A stretch of DNA of 64,000 nucleotides from positions 32,001-96,000 of the IMG/VR virus record IMGVR_UViG_3300030419_006105. One strand, 5' to 3'. The notes below the pieces were generated by a model. It was not told the origin of the DNA. It saw nothing but the letters and a program-made list of their open reading frames with translations, and made no database searches. The translations under genes and the position numbers were made by a program. Numbering within the stretch: position 1 is the first letter of the stretch; each line of letters opens with the position of its first letter. This document shows positions 40,076 through 48,878 of this stretch, piece by piece. The DNA comes from a virus.

Positions 40076-41093
40076 GATAGTACCTCAAGAATATATTGTA
40101 GAAAAATTCTTTCAGTACGCAGGATATCCTAAGTACAAAAAAATTACTAATGTATATGAAGGTGGATGCCCTATGTGTAGAGAGGGTAAATCCTGGGGTA
40201 AAAAACGTAGATTATATTTTGTAGCAAAACAAGATTATATATTTTGTCATAATTGTGGATGGTCTGGATCACCTGTAAAATGGGTACAAGAAGTTACAGG
40301 TAAAAACTATATAGAAATTGTTGAAGAATGTAAATCGTTTAACACATTTACTATACCGGAAGAAAAAGAAAATACACTTTCTATTGAAAAACCTCCTCCA
40401 TCACTCCCTGGAGATTGTATTAATTTATACGATAAAACTCAGTGTAGTTTTTATGGTCATGAACCAATGGTAAGACATGCAATTGATACATGTAAGAAGA
40501 GAAGATTGTTTAATGCAGTAAATAAGCCGAAGTCTTTATGGTTTTGTAGAAATGATTTTGTACATAAAAATAGAATAATAATTCCATTTTATGAAGATAA
40601 TGATATTATTTTTTATCAATCACGAAAGTTAGAACAAAATAAAAAAGATACTAAACCAAAATATCTATCAAAAATTGGAGCTGATAAAACTGTATTTAAT
40701 TTTGATAAAGTACAAAATGAATTAGATTATATATTTGTGTTTGAAGGACCTATTGATAGTTTTTTTGTAAAAAATGGTGTTGCAGTAGGAGGTATTAGTA
40801 GAGGGAGATCTATTTTTACAAAACGACAAGAAAAACAAATAACACAAAAACCATTTCATAAACGAATATGGGTTTTAGATAATCAATGGTGCGATCAAAC
40901 TGCAAAAGAAAAAACCCTTTCATTATTAAGTCAAGGAGAAAAATGTTTTTTATGGCCTGAAGAATTTAAACATTTTAAAGATTTTAATGACATTTGCCAA
41001 AAAATAAACCGAGATTCAATTGAACCTCAGTTTATCGTAAAAAATAGTTATGCTGAATTAAAAGGTAAGCTTTTATTAACTAAAATCACCTAA
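40065..41093 (+). CDS. gp61: DNA primase
   Basis: CPMC...CHNCG Zn finger, IIIPF, KYL, FEGPIDS TOPRIM, KDFND. Confidence 0.9.
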   Translation: MISEIVPQEYIVEKFFQYAGYPKYKKITNVYEGGCPMCREGKSWGKKRRLYFVAKQDYIFCHNCGWSGSPVKWVQEVTGKNYIEIVEECKSFNTFTIPEEKENTLSIEKPPPSLPGDCINLYDKTQCSFYGHEPMVRHAIDTCKKRRLFNAVNKPKSLWFCRNDFVHKNRIIIPFYEDNDIIFYQSRKLEQNKKDTKPKYLSKIGADKTVFNFDKVQNELDYIFVFEGPIDSFFVKNGVAVGGISRGRSIFTKRQEKQITQKPFHKRIWVLDNQWCDQTAKEKTLSLLSQGEKCFLWPEEFKHFKDFNDICQKINRDSIEPQFIVKNSYAELKGKLLLTKIT

Positions 41094-41385
41094 CCACAAT
41101 TAACTTTTTCGCGTCCGCTGCTGTTGCACATTTAACAGCTCCTAAAAATATATTATAGGAACCAGCAGCTGTACTCGCAGGAAATTCTATTCCTGTTGTA
41201 AATGGTGGTGATTCATCATCTTGTATAGCTGATTCAGTCATAATATAAGCAGTTACAACACCAGTTAAACTAGACGTAATAATAAGACCATCATAACCAC
41301 CACCGGTTACATCTAGATCAATTTTATCTGTAGAGTTCCCGGCGCTAGCTCTTTTTGCCTCTGTATATGTACCACGTATAAACAT
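41086..41385 (-). CDS. Small hypothetical protein (possibly virion structural)
   Basis: 99 aa, Gly/Ala/Thr-rich; downstream of TAAATA-led genes. Confidence 0.55.
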   Translation of the reverse strand: MFIRGTYTEAKRASAGNSTDKIDLDVTGGGYDGLIITSSLTGVVTAYIMTESAIQDDESPPFTTGIEFPASTAAGSYNIFLGAVKCATAADAKKLIVVR

Positions 41386-41403
41386 AATATTTTATTTTAT
41401 TTT

Positions 41404-41715
41404 TTAACCTTCTGGTGTCCAGCCAGCTGGACGAGGTGTTGACCTATTATAACCAAATCTAATACAGTGACGACCCCATGCATCATCTAATTCTGCATCA
41501 TTAGTATTAACAGGTGTACCTGCCTCTTCTGCAACTTTAGCAGCAAGTGCAGCTTCAGCAGCAGCTTTAGCTTCGGCAGCTTCTTGAGCTTCTTTAGCAG
41601 CTCTTGCAGCAGCCTCATCAGCTTCTTGTTGGGCTTTTTCAGCTTGTGCTTCTTCTTCAGCAGCAATTGCTTCTAATTCCTCTTTTGTTTTATCTTCAAA
41701 ATTTAACTCAGACAT
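41404..41715 (-). CDS. Ala/Glu-rich helical hypothetical protein
   Basis: EAQAEKAQQEADEAAARAAKE repeats; TAAATA 11 nt upstream. Confidence 0.65.
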   Translation of the reverse strand: MSELNFEDKTKEELEAIAAEEEAQAEKAQQEADEAAARAAKEAQEAAEAKAAAEAALAAKVAEEAGTPVNTNDAELDDAWGRHCIRFGYNRSTPRPAGWTPEG

Positions 41716-41725
41716 AGTATTATAA

Positions 41726-42118
41726 TTATTTATGTTTTTCTATATAAAGGTTCTTGAATATTTGATTCAGACTTGCGAGTCTTTCACAAATATCTAAAAT
41801 TTCACTCTTCGTGGCATCAGATACACCATCAAAAATTGTTCCGGTCTTGTTATCAGTTCTTAAATAACCCAGGACACTATCTGTACCACCATTTAAATAT
41901 TCAATTACTTCATCGATATTACTTACCCATTCTTGTAATTGTTCTAGTTCGTGTGCAGTATTTGGCTGGTTATCTTGTACATCTTCAAAATCTCTAGCAT
42001 TTTCCGGTTTATCTAAGGTATTAGCAAATGACTGGGCGTCATCACTCGGTTCTGCGTCAATCGCTGGAACGTCGTCTTCTTTTAATAAAGATAAAAATCT
42101 ATTTTCAAACTTTCCCAT
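41726..42118 (-). CDS. Acidic hypothetical late protein
   Basis: MGKFENRFLSLLKE N-terminus; TAAATA 5 nt upstream. Confidence 0.7.
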   Translation of the reverse strand: MGKFENRFLSLLKEDDVPAIDAEPSDDAQSFANTLDKPENARDFEDVQDNQPNTAHELEQLQEWVSNIDEVIEYLNGGTDSVLGYLRTDNKTGTIFDGVSDATKSEILDICERLASLNQIFKNLYIEKHK

Positions 42119-42119
42119 G

Positions 42120-42140
42120 TAAGTATTTATTAAATACTTA
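42120..42140. promoter_or_regulatory. Back-to-back late promoters forming a perfect inverted repeat
   Basis: TAAGTATTTA-T-TAAATACTTA; each arm contains TAAATA facing a start codon. Confidence 0.7.
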
Positions 42141-42508
42141 TGATGAAAGGCATACTTTTCGAAGATTTATATAAGTACACCAACAAGTACTGGAAGGACG
42201 TAAAGTCTAGACATGTTCGACCAACTACTAAAACACTTGCTGATATCGCTAAAGCAAGCCCAGAAACATATAACAAAGTTAAAGCAGAGTTAACACCATT
42301 TCCTGGTGACCATGTAGTGGAACAGCTAGGATCTGCCTTTAAAAGTATATCGGACGCTACCTATCTCTTGAATCAATTATTCGAGAACCCTACAGTAAGA
42401 TCAGATGAAGAGACTAAAACATCCGTAAATAATAAGTTGCAAAAAATTCAGGATCTTATAAAATCGATAGCGGACGATTTAGATCATGATGGCGCAAATA
42501 ATTCGTAG
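42140..42508 (+). CDS. Hypothetical late protein
   Basis: 122 aa ORF; start may be second ATG 42143. Confidence 0.65.
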   Translation: MMKGILFEDLYKYTNKYWKDVKSRHVRPTTKTLADIAKASPETYNKVKAELTPFPGDHVVEQLGSAFKSISDATYLLNQLFENPTVRSDEETKTSVNNKLQKIQDLIKSIADDLDHDGANNS

Positions 42509-42875
42509 TTTAATATACCTAATAATAATTTCAAGTAGCATAGGTGGTATTTATTACTTCTTTAACCCTACATTAATATCTTTTATTAAAGCTACTATTT
42601 TTACAGCAGGTGTACAGATAATTTTCTTTATTTTGTACAATAACATTCTTAGATATATTGCACAACTACAATTAGAAAAGGAAGCATTATCATTAGCTCA
42701 ATTAGCTAATAAAAATAAAATATTAGCTGAATGCCAAGGATGTAAAAAAACAAATAGTGTTGATATTGACCTTTCAGAAGAAAATCAATTTACTTGTGAA
42801 TGTGGTGCAGAGAATAAAATCGAAATCGACATGAACACCGTATTAGTTACAAATATTATATATGACAACAAATAA
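42486..42875 (+). CDS. Membrane protein (2 TM) with C-terminal Cys-rich Zn-ribbon-like motif
   Basis: Two hydrophobic stretches; CQGC...CECG. Confidence 0.65.
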   Translation: MMAQIIRSLIYLIIISSSIGGIYYFFNPTLISFIKATIFTAGVQIIFFILYNNILRYIAQLQLEKEALSLAQLANKNKILAECQGCKKTNSVDIDLSEENQFTCECGAENKIEIDMNTVLVTNIIYDNK

Positions 42876-43104
42876 GACGAAAATAAATTACTCATCATTA
42901 GCTAGGTGGTTATGCCTATATGAAGCAGTTAATATTATATCTGAAAAAGCAGAAAAAATGGGAAGCTCAAAAGATTGCTTAAAACCAATTCCTATTAACA
43001 AATATATAAACGAGAGATATCATTCAGTTCTTAAAGACATAGAATATGAATATGAAAACGAGGAAGAAACTATTAATAATAGTCCCCGTAAACGTCGTCA
43101 TTAG
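42862..43104 (+). CDS. Hypothetical protein
   Basis: 80 aa ORF overlapping upstream gene. Confidence 0.6.
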   Translation: MTTNKTKINYSSLARWLCLYEAVNIISEKAEKMGSSKDCLKPIPINKYINERYHSVLKDIEYEYENEEETINNSPRKRRH

Positions 43105-43813
43105 TTCCATAGTCAAAATACGAAGATTGTTCCGTATCTAAATCATTAATATAATCAGTTTCAATTGCAGTTAACGGCCCTACACCAGATGTATCTGTAA
43201 CCATAGTAGAACCAGTTTCTGAGTCCAGCCCCGGTAGGAATGTATGATCATTCCTCCGGGCTTTTAATTTGAAAACATAATGTCCTTGTAACTGATTTAT
43301 TTCACCAACCATTTGATCCATGCGTTCTGTAACTTCGAATATTTTACCGTCTTTATTACCAGGTCGATCATCTCCATATTCAGTTAATTGAAAAGCATCT
43401 CCTGCTTTTGGTATTGACGCAGTAACTGAGCCAGTATATGATGATACATTTTCTTGAAAGGTTTGTATATCTATTACTGCGTCTATCTCATCATCTGAAA
43501 CAAGACCGTATTGTGAATAAGTTAATGACCCATCTGTTAAAGTCATTAACATTACAAATGTTGTTTTTGGGTGAAAACCTTGATGTGTATTTTCACCATA
43601 AACTTTGTCTGAAGCACTTAAAGTAAAATTACGAACATAATAATCTATTTCAGTACCATATAATCGAATTTGTTCCTTCCACCATTTTTTATATGTTTGA
43701 GCTCGCTCATTAACATTATAACCCTTATAGTTGAACCTATTAACATCAGTATTTTCTCCACCGCTTAAATACTGAACTGCAGTAATAGATTCTGTAAGAA
43801 ACCCTTGTGCCAT
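43073..43813 (-). CDS. gp14: Neck / head-closure protein (gp14-like)
   Basis: EQIRLYGTEIDYY, VYGE, QYGL..DE, PKAGD, IFEV. Confidence 0.7.
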   Translation of the reverse strand: MAQGFLTESITAVQYLSGGENTDVNRFNYKGYNVNERAQTYKKWWKEQIRLYGTEIDYYVRNFTLSASDKVYGENTHQGFHPKTTFVMLMTLTDGSLTYSQYGLVSDDEIDAVIDIQTFQENVSSYTGSVTASIPKAGDAFQLTEYGDDRPGNKDGKIFEVTERMDQMVGEINQLQGHYVFKLKARRNDHTFLPGLDSETGSTMVTDTSGVGPLTAIETDYINDLDTEQSSYFDYGTNDDVYGDYY

Positions 43814-44151
43814 TATTTTTTAATATAATATTTGTTATCAGCGATATAAAATGTAATACCAGTATTACCTAAGTTCCGCGAGCCTTTTTCTTCTAAATCA
43901 GTAATATTAAATAATTGCTTTACTGACTGTACTTCTTGATCATTCAATAAAAATAAACCTGATTGCATATTTTTAAGCTGTTTTAACTTACGAGGGTAAT
44001 TTGAATCAGCTCTATGTACATCAGGTAATATGTTCATTTTACCTCCTTTACGCCCTTGTAAACCAGTAGATCCTTTGAATCTTCTACTACCTAATACATT
44101 TCTCAATTTAGGAGGTTGTCTAAGAAGCTCTAGAAATATCTTTTTAAACAT
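43813..44151 (-). CDS. Basic hypothetical late protein
   Basis: 112 aa; TAAATA 6 nt upstream. Confidence 0.65.
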   Translation of the reverse strand: MFKKIFLELLRQPPKLRNVLGSRRFKGSTGLQGRKGGKMNILPDVHRADSNYPRKLKQLKNMQSGLFLLNDQEVQSVKQLFNITDLEEKGSRNLGNTGITFYIADNKYYIKK

Positions 44152-44165
44152 TTTAATTATTTAAT

Positions 44166-44193
44166 AAAAAAAGCCCCCTGCAAGCAAGGGGCT
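44166..44193 (-). terminator. Rho-independent terminator after the 44219-45145 gene
   Basis: Minus strand AGCCCCTTGCTTGCAGGGGGCT hairpin followed by a T-run. Confidence 0.85.
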
Positions 44194-44218
44194 CTTTAAA
44201 GGTATTGTTTATTGTCGA

Positions 44219-45145
44219 TTAGACGGCTTGTGAACCAGGCTTACCTGCACCTTTTGCATTACCAGGTTTCTTGCCTTCACCAGTGTCTTTACCAGTGGAT
44301 TGCTCATCAGTTCCACCACCATCACCAGTACCAGAGGACTTACCACCTAAAGCATCGGCTGGTGCTTCAGTAGTTTTACCACCACCGTCGGAAGGATCGT
44401 GACCAGTCTTTTTACCGTCACTAGTTGCTTTACCTGTTGTTGGATCAACATCTTCTTCGACTTGCTCCTCTTCAGTATCAGCTAGCGGATCATCTTCTCC
44501 AACATCACCGGCTTCTTCTTCGTCTCCACCTAGTTGGTCGACTATAGCTTTAAGAGCGTCAGCCTGATCTGCTGTTAATGTAACAGTGACATCGTCACCG
44601 ACACCATTTTCATCACCAACGTCAAGACCAGCATCATCACCTGGAATACCAAGATCAAAATCCTCGTCTTCACCCATTACGCTCTCGTAGAGCTTATCAA
44701 ATATTGATTTATCTTCCGACATAATATTACCTTTGTTAGAATTATTTATGCTCTCATTCGTAGTTTTTTTGGACTTTTGGTCCTTTTCTTCCTCATCAAC
44801 CGGTTCTTGTAAATCAGCATGTATACGATCACATGCACTATCAGCTATTTTTTCATCAGCATCTACTTCATCCTTAGGTCGCTGATCTGTAGCTTTTTCT
44901 TTGAGAACACCTGTACCTTCACATATTGTGCAACATTCATTCTCAAGTTTACCTGTACCTTCGCATTGCTCACATTGTAATGCGTCTTGAGCTTCATTAG
45001 CTGTTTCTTTGTCTTTAAGAGCTTTTTTCATTGGCTCTTTTTTATTTCCGTCTTTATCGGCATCAAGAAAATCAGGCTTTTTACCTTTTTCATTTACCGA
45101 TTTGACATAAGCCTCATTTAACATGTCGAAATCTTTTCCGGTCAT
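44219..45145 (-). CDS. Acidic, low-complexity late protein (prohead core / internal protein candidate)
   Basis: DADKDG (DxDxDG) motif, two CxxCxGTG repeats, Asp/Glu/Gly-rich tail, repeated (L/V/A/T)xE sites. Confidence 0.65.
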   Translation of the reverse strand: MTGKDFDMLNEAYVKSVNEKGKKPDFLDADKDGNKKEPMKKALKDKETANEAQDALQCEQCEGTGKLENECCTICEGTGVLKEKATDQRPKDEVDADEKIADSACDRIHADLQEPVDEEEKDQKSKKTTNESINNSNKGNIMSEDKSIFDKLYESVMGEDEDFDLGIPGDDAGLDVGDENGVGDDVTVTLTADQADALKAIVDQLGGDEEEAGDVGEDDPLADTEEEQVEEDVDPTTGKATSDGKKTGHDPSDGGGKTTEAPADALGGKSSGTGDGGGTDEQSTGKDTGEGKKPGNAKGAGKPGSQAV

Positions 45146-45146
45146 G

Positions 45147-45156
45147 TAAATATTTA
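45147..45156. promoter_or_regulatory. Palindromic bidirectional late promoter
   Basis: TAAATATTTA within a 14-bp gap between divergent ATGs at 45145 (-) and 45160 (+). Confidence 0.75.
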
Positions 45157-45159
45157 TTA

Positions 45160-46866
45160 ATGCCGAGACAAAAAAAGGAAGATAAATTTTATTTAGGCAA
45201 TAAAAATTTACCTAACGCCAATATGGAGTTTGAATGGACTCCGGAAATGGTTAAAAATTTAAAAAAGGCAAAACAAAATATATTACATTTTGCAGAGAAT
45301 TATTTTTATATTGTTAACCTAGATCAAGGTAAAATAAAAATAGACTTATATCCTTGTCAAAAAAGAGTTTTACGTAGTTTAAGAGATAATAGATTTGTAG
45401 CATGTCTTGCATCAAGACAAACTGGTAAAACTACAATGATGACAATCTACGCACTTTGGATTGCATGCTTTCAAGAAGATCAACGTATATTAATTGTTGC
45501 TAACAAAGAACAAACAGCTATTAATATATTTTCAAGAATTAGAACTGCGTATGAAAAAATACCTAACTTTTTAAAACCTGGTGTATTAGAATATGGTAAA
45601 ACTTCTATGAAATTAGCTAATGGTAGTAGTATTGGTATTAGTACTACTAGCTCGGATGCTGGTCGTGGTGAATCTGTAAATGTATTAATTCTAGACGAGC
45701 TTGCATTTATTCCAAACAATTTAGTAGATAGTTTTTGGAAATCTGTATACCCTATTATTTCAAGTTCGAAAAAATCTAAAATATTTGTAGCTTCAACCCC
45801 TAACGGAAGCAATAATTTATTTTTCCATTTATATAATGATGCTATTAATGGAAAGAGTAATTGGAGAGGAGAAAAAATATTATGGGATGAAATACCTGGT
45901 CGTGATGAACAGTGGAAGCAAGATACTATTCGATCTATAGGTAGTGAAGAAGCTTTTGCGCAAGAGTTTGAATGTAAGTTTCTTGATACCGGTGACTCTT
46001 TTATTGATGAAGTTTTTTATGCTAAGCTTCAAAGTCAGACAAGGGATCCAAAACATCTATTTGAAGATGGTTGTTATAGTGTATGGGAAGAGCCAAATAA
46101 AGAACATTTATATACAATAGGTGTTGATGTCGCAGAAGGTGTACAACAAAATTATAGTGCTATACAAGTTTTAGATATCACAGATTTACAAAATATAAAT
46201 CAAGTAGCTGAGTACGCTAGTAATGAAATTAATCCATTTGAGTTTACCACTAAAGTTAGAGACATTTGCTATCACTGGGGAACTCCTCCAGTTTGTATAG
46301 AAAGAAATAATTGTGGTAGCCAAGTGGTAGATAATTTATATCATCAATACAATTATAGACATATTGTAAATTACTCACCTAAAGTCGGTCAAGTAAAATA
46401 TGATAGATTAGGAATTTATGCACATACTAATACCAAATATAAAGGTATTACTAATATGAGATACTGGGTGAACGAACTCAAATGTGTACGGTTAAATTCT
46501 AAACCCGCTGTAGAAGAACTTAAGAATTTCGTAAGATATCCTAATGGTTCTTGGGCAGCACAACCAGGTTATGATTTTGATGACCGAGTTATGTCATTAG
46601 TATGGGCATTATTAATTTTAGAAAATACCGTAGTACAAAGATATTATAATGTAATGGAAATAGATGACAACCAACGTCCTGCAAAACTAGAATTAGGAGA
46701 TTATATAGATCAGAAATTTAGCAATTTCTTACAAGATCATAGAATGCAAAATATAGATGATAGCTGGAATCCTAATCCAGTTTACTTTGAAGACATAAAT
46801 ATTTTAGGACAGGAAGGTCCAACAGATATAGAAGCATTAGAAGCAGAAGGTTGGTCTAAATTATGA
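45160..46866 (+). CDS. gp17: Terminase large subunit
   Basis: LYPCQ, SRQTGKTT, LILDELAF, STPNG, QEFEC, IGVDVAEG, DDRVMSL. Confidence 0.95.
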   Translation: MPRQKKEDKFYLGNKNLPNANMEFEWTPEMVKNLKKAKQNILHFAENYFYIVNLDQGKIKIDLYPCQKRVLRSLRDNRFVACLASRQTGKTTMMTIYALWIACFQEDQRILIVANKEQTAINIFSRIRTAYEKIPNFLKPGVLEYGKTSMKLANGSSIGISTTSSDAGRGESVNVLILDELAFIPNNLVDSFWKSVYPIISSSKKSKIFVASTPNGSNNLFFHLYNDAINGKSNWRGEKILWDEIPGRDEQWKQDTIRSIGSEEAFAQEFECKFLDTGDSFIDEVFYAKLQSQTRDPKHLFEDGCYSVWEEPNKEHLYTIGVDVAEGVQQNYSAIQVLDITDLQNINQVAEYASNEINPFEFTTKVRDICYHWGTPPVCIERNNCGSQVVDNLYHQYNYRHIVNYSPKVGQVKYDRLGIYAHTNTKYKGITNMRYWVNELKCVRLNSKPAVEELKNFVRYPNGSWAAQPGYDFDDRVMSLVWALLILENTVVQRYYNVMEIDDNQRPAKLELGDYIDQKFSNFLQDHRMQNIDDSWNPNPVYFEDINILGQEGPTDIEALEAEGWSKL

Positions 46867-47447
46867 ATCAAGCACCACTTAATAAAAATAGACAAGATAA
46901 ATTTATCTTAGTTTTAAACTTACCTGAAGGTATAAAAGAAATTTCTGACAGGTATAGTAGAAACAATAATCGAATAAACGCAAACAGTCTTGAAATTAGT
47001 ATCGCAGGAACAGTGACACCTAATATTAGTGTACCAGAGCAAACATTACCATATGGATCGCAAAGTATTAAAATTAGTTCACATGCACGACCTGCTTACA
47101 GTTCATTAAATTTAAATTTTAAGATAGATAACGAGTATAACAATTACTGGGCTATATTTAAATGGTTAGATGTAATTAACGACGTAAGAGAAGGAACGGT
47201 TAATGAAGATGAAATTGTAAAATATCATCAACCAGGAAAAGTGTTACCAATTTATTCTTCTAATTTAACCGTTTACGGTTTAGATGAATATCATAATAGA
47301 AAAATACAATGGGATTATATCGGAGCTTTCCCGACTCAGCTTTCTGAGATTCAATGGAATTATAACGACTCACAGGAAATAGGAGCAACCGCAACATTTG
47401 AATTTACAAGGTTAGAAGCAAAATTATTAGACTCTGACGGTAATTAA
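46863..47447 (+). CDS. Tail-tube-fold protein (gp3/gp19-like tail completion)
   Basis: LNFKIDNEYNNYWAIFKWL, GAFPTQLSEI, ATATFEF. Confidence 0.65.
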   Translation: MNQAPLNKNRQDKFILVLNLPEGIKEISDRYSRNNNRINANSLEISIAGTVTPNISVPEQTLPYGSQSIKISSHARPAYSSLNLNFKIDNEYNNYWAIFKWLDVINDVREGTVNEDEIVKYHQPGKVLPIYSSNLTVYGLDEYHNRKIQWDYIGAFPTQLSEIQWNYNDSQEIGATATFEFTRLEAKLLDSDGN

Positions 47448-48688
47448 ACAATATTTAATTCTCCTGTTGAATCTCCAAAATGTTTCATATCTATATTATG
47501 TTTATGTAATATACTAACAAACAAATCACACATTGGTTTTTCTTTTTTAACTCTAAAATGTTTTCCGTTTTGTTTGTTACCAACTAACATAAAAGGTAAC
47601 TCATCATGATTATGTCTATTACCATCTGAAATACCAGCACCATATATTATATCTGTATTTTCTAACAAATTATCTTTTTTCATTTTAGAAATAAATTCAG
47701 AAAATAATCGTACATTAAATAGATCAATTTTTGCAAGTGCTGCTAATTTCTTAGGATCTTTTTGATGGTGAGATAAGCTATGATGACCTTCTCTAATTCC
47801 TATTTCTTTAAACGGACCATTATAACCATCATGAGCCGTCAAAAATGTTATAACTCTAGACGTATCAGTTAAGAAAGCTAAATGCATCAAATTATACATA
47901 ATTCTAAATTTATCTGATTTACTTTCTATATCAAAATTAAGTTCAAAATTATTAGTTAAATTAAATTTATCTCTTCTCTCTAATTCTAACTCTACCTCTC
48001 TAACTGAGTACATATATTCTTCTAATTTAACTTTATCAGCATCTGAGGCAATTTTTGCCAAACTCTTACTTTCTTCTAAAACAAAATCTAAAATTGACTT
48101 TTTTCTTAATTTTACTTTTTGCTCGAGCTTAGTGACATTAAAAAGTCTATTAAAAATATCTCTAGGATTATACATCGCAGCAAGTGGTTGATTAGCAGAC
48201 TTCCATGATAAATTATACTGATAAGCACAACTATATCCTGAATCACATTTACCTATTAATCTAGACTTATCACCACTAAATTGTAAACTATCAAACCTTG
48301 TTAAACCATTATACTTGTCAGCTAAATATTGATCAACAGATTTACCCGATCTAATTTTAGATTCATGCTTATGGGCTTGTATTCCAGTCAAAAAAGTAGA
48401 AGCTGCTCTAGCATGGTCACCTGCCCCGTCTCCATTAGCACGTGCTTTATCATGAGTAAGACCAGAAATTATAGATGTATAATCCATATGGTCTTGCATA
48501 GGAGATAAACTATCAGGCATATTCATTATATCTCCATAATGCTTAGGAGTCCAATGATGCATGTTTATACCATTAGGTACATAAACAACTCCTAATCGCT
48601 TTATATTAGTATTAGTAGTACCGAAGCATTCCAAGCCTGGTAATGCAAATGACAATCCCAATGTACCTATAAACGCTCTCCTATCCAT
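47444..48688 (-). CDS. DUF1552-like protein with twin-arginine signal peptide
   Basis: MDRRAFIG..LPGLE Tat-like signal, VYVPNG, GDGAGDHARA, CDSGYSCAY..NLSW, TDTSRVITF, HHSLSHH, SDGNRHNHDELP. Confidence 0.8.
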   Translation of the reverse strand: MDRRAFIGTLGLSFALPGLECFGTTNTNIKRLGVVYVPNGINMHHWTPKHYGDIMNMPDSLSPMQDHMDYTSIISGLTHDKARANGDGAGDHARAASTFLTGIQAHKHESKIRSGKSVDQYLADKYNGLTRFDSLQFSGDKSRLIGKCDSGYSCAYQYNLSWKSANQPLAAMYNPRDIFNRLFNVTKLEQKVKLRKKSILDFVLEESKSLAKIASDADKVKLEEYMYSVREVELELERRDKFNLTNNFELNFDIESKSDKFRIMYNLMHLAFLTDTSRVITFLTAHDGYNGPFKEIGIREGHHSLSHHQKDPKKLAALAKIDLFNVRLFSEFISKMKKDNLLENTDIIYGAGISDGNRHNHDELPFMLVGNKQNGKHFRVKKEKPMCDLFVSILHKHNIDMKHFGDSTGELNIV

Positions 48689-48693
48689 AGAAG

Positions 48694-48701
48694 TATTTAT
48701 A
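48694..48701 (-). promoter_or_regulatory. Full T4 late promoter consensus upstream of the DUF1552-like gene
   Basis: TATAAATA on minus strand, 5 nt before ATG 48688. Confidence 0.65.
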
Positions 48702-48783
48702 ATTTAGAAAGTATTGCTACTAGGGTAACTACGACAACAATAATAATTGTTATTTTAAGATCTTCCTCAGGAAACCATTTCAT
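48697..48783 (-). CDS. 28 aa single-TM micropeptide
   Basis: MKWFPEEDLKITIIIVVVVTLVAILSKL; ATGA overlap with upstream micro-ORF. Confidence 0.5.
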   Translation of the reverse strand: MKWFPEEDLKITIIIVVVVTLVAILSKL

Positions 48784-48878
48784 GATAGGTACTTACCAAC
48801 AATTATACCATTTACTATAGCAATAATAAGTATAACTACTACCCACGCGTATTTCTGTTTTTTATTAAGTGTCGCCAT
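48780..48878 (-). CDS. 32 aa single-TM micropeptide
   Basis: MATLNKKQKYAWVVVILIIAIVNGIIVGKYLS; start overlaps the ferredoxin 3' end. Confidence 0.5.
   Translation of the reverse strand: MATLNKKQKYAWVVVILIIAIVNGIIVGKYLS

Noticed and set aside
18202-46866. Introns, inteins or homing endonucleases in gp43, gp41, uvsX, uvsW, gp17
   Set aside because: All are uninterrupted and of ordinary length; no intein or HNH/GIY-YIG/LAGLIDADG motifs noticed.
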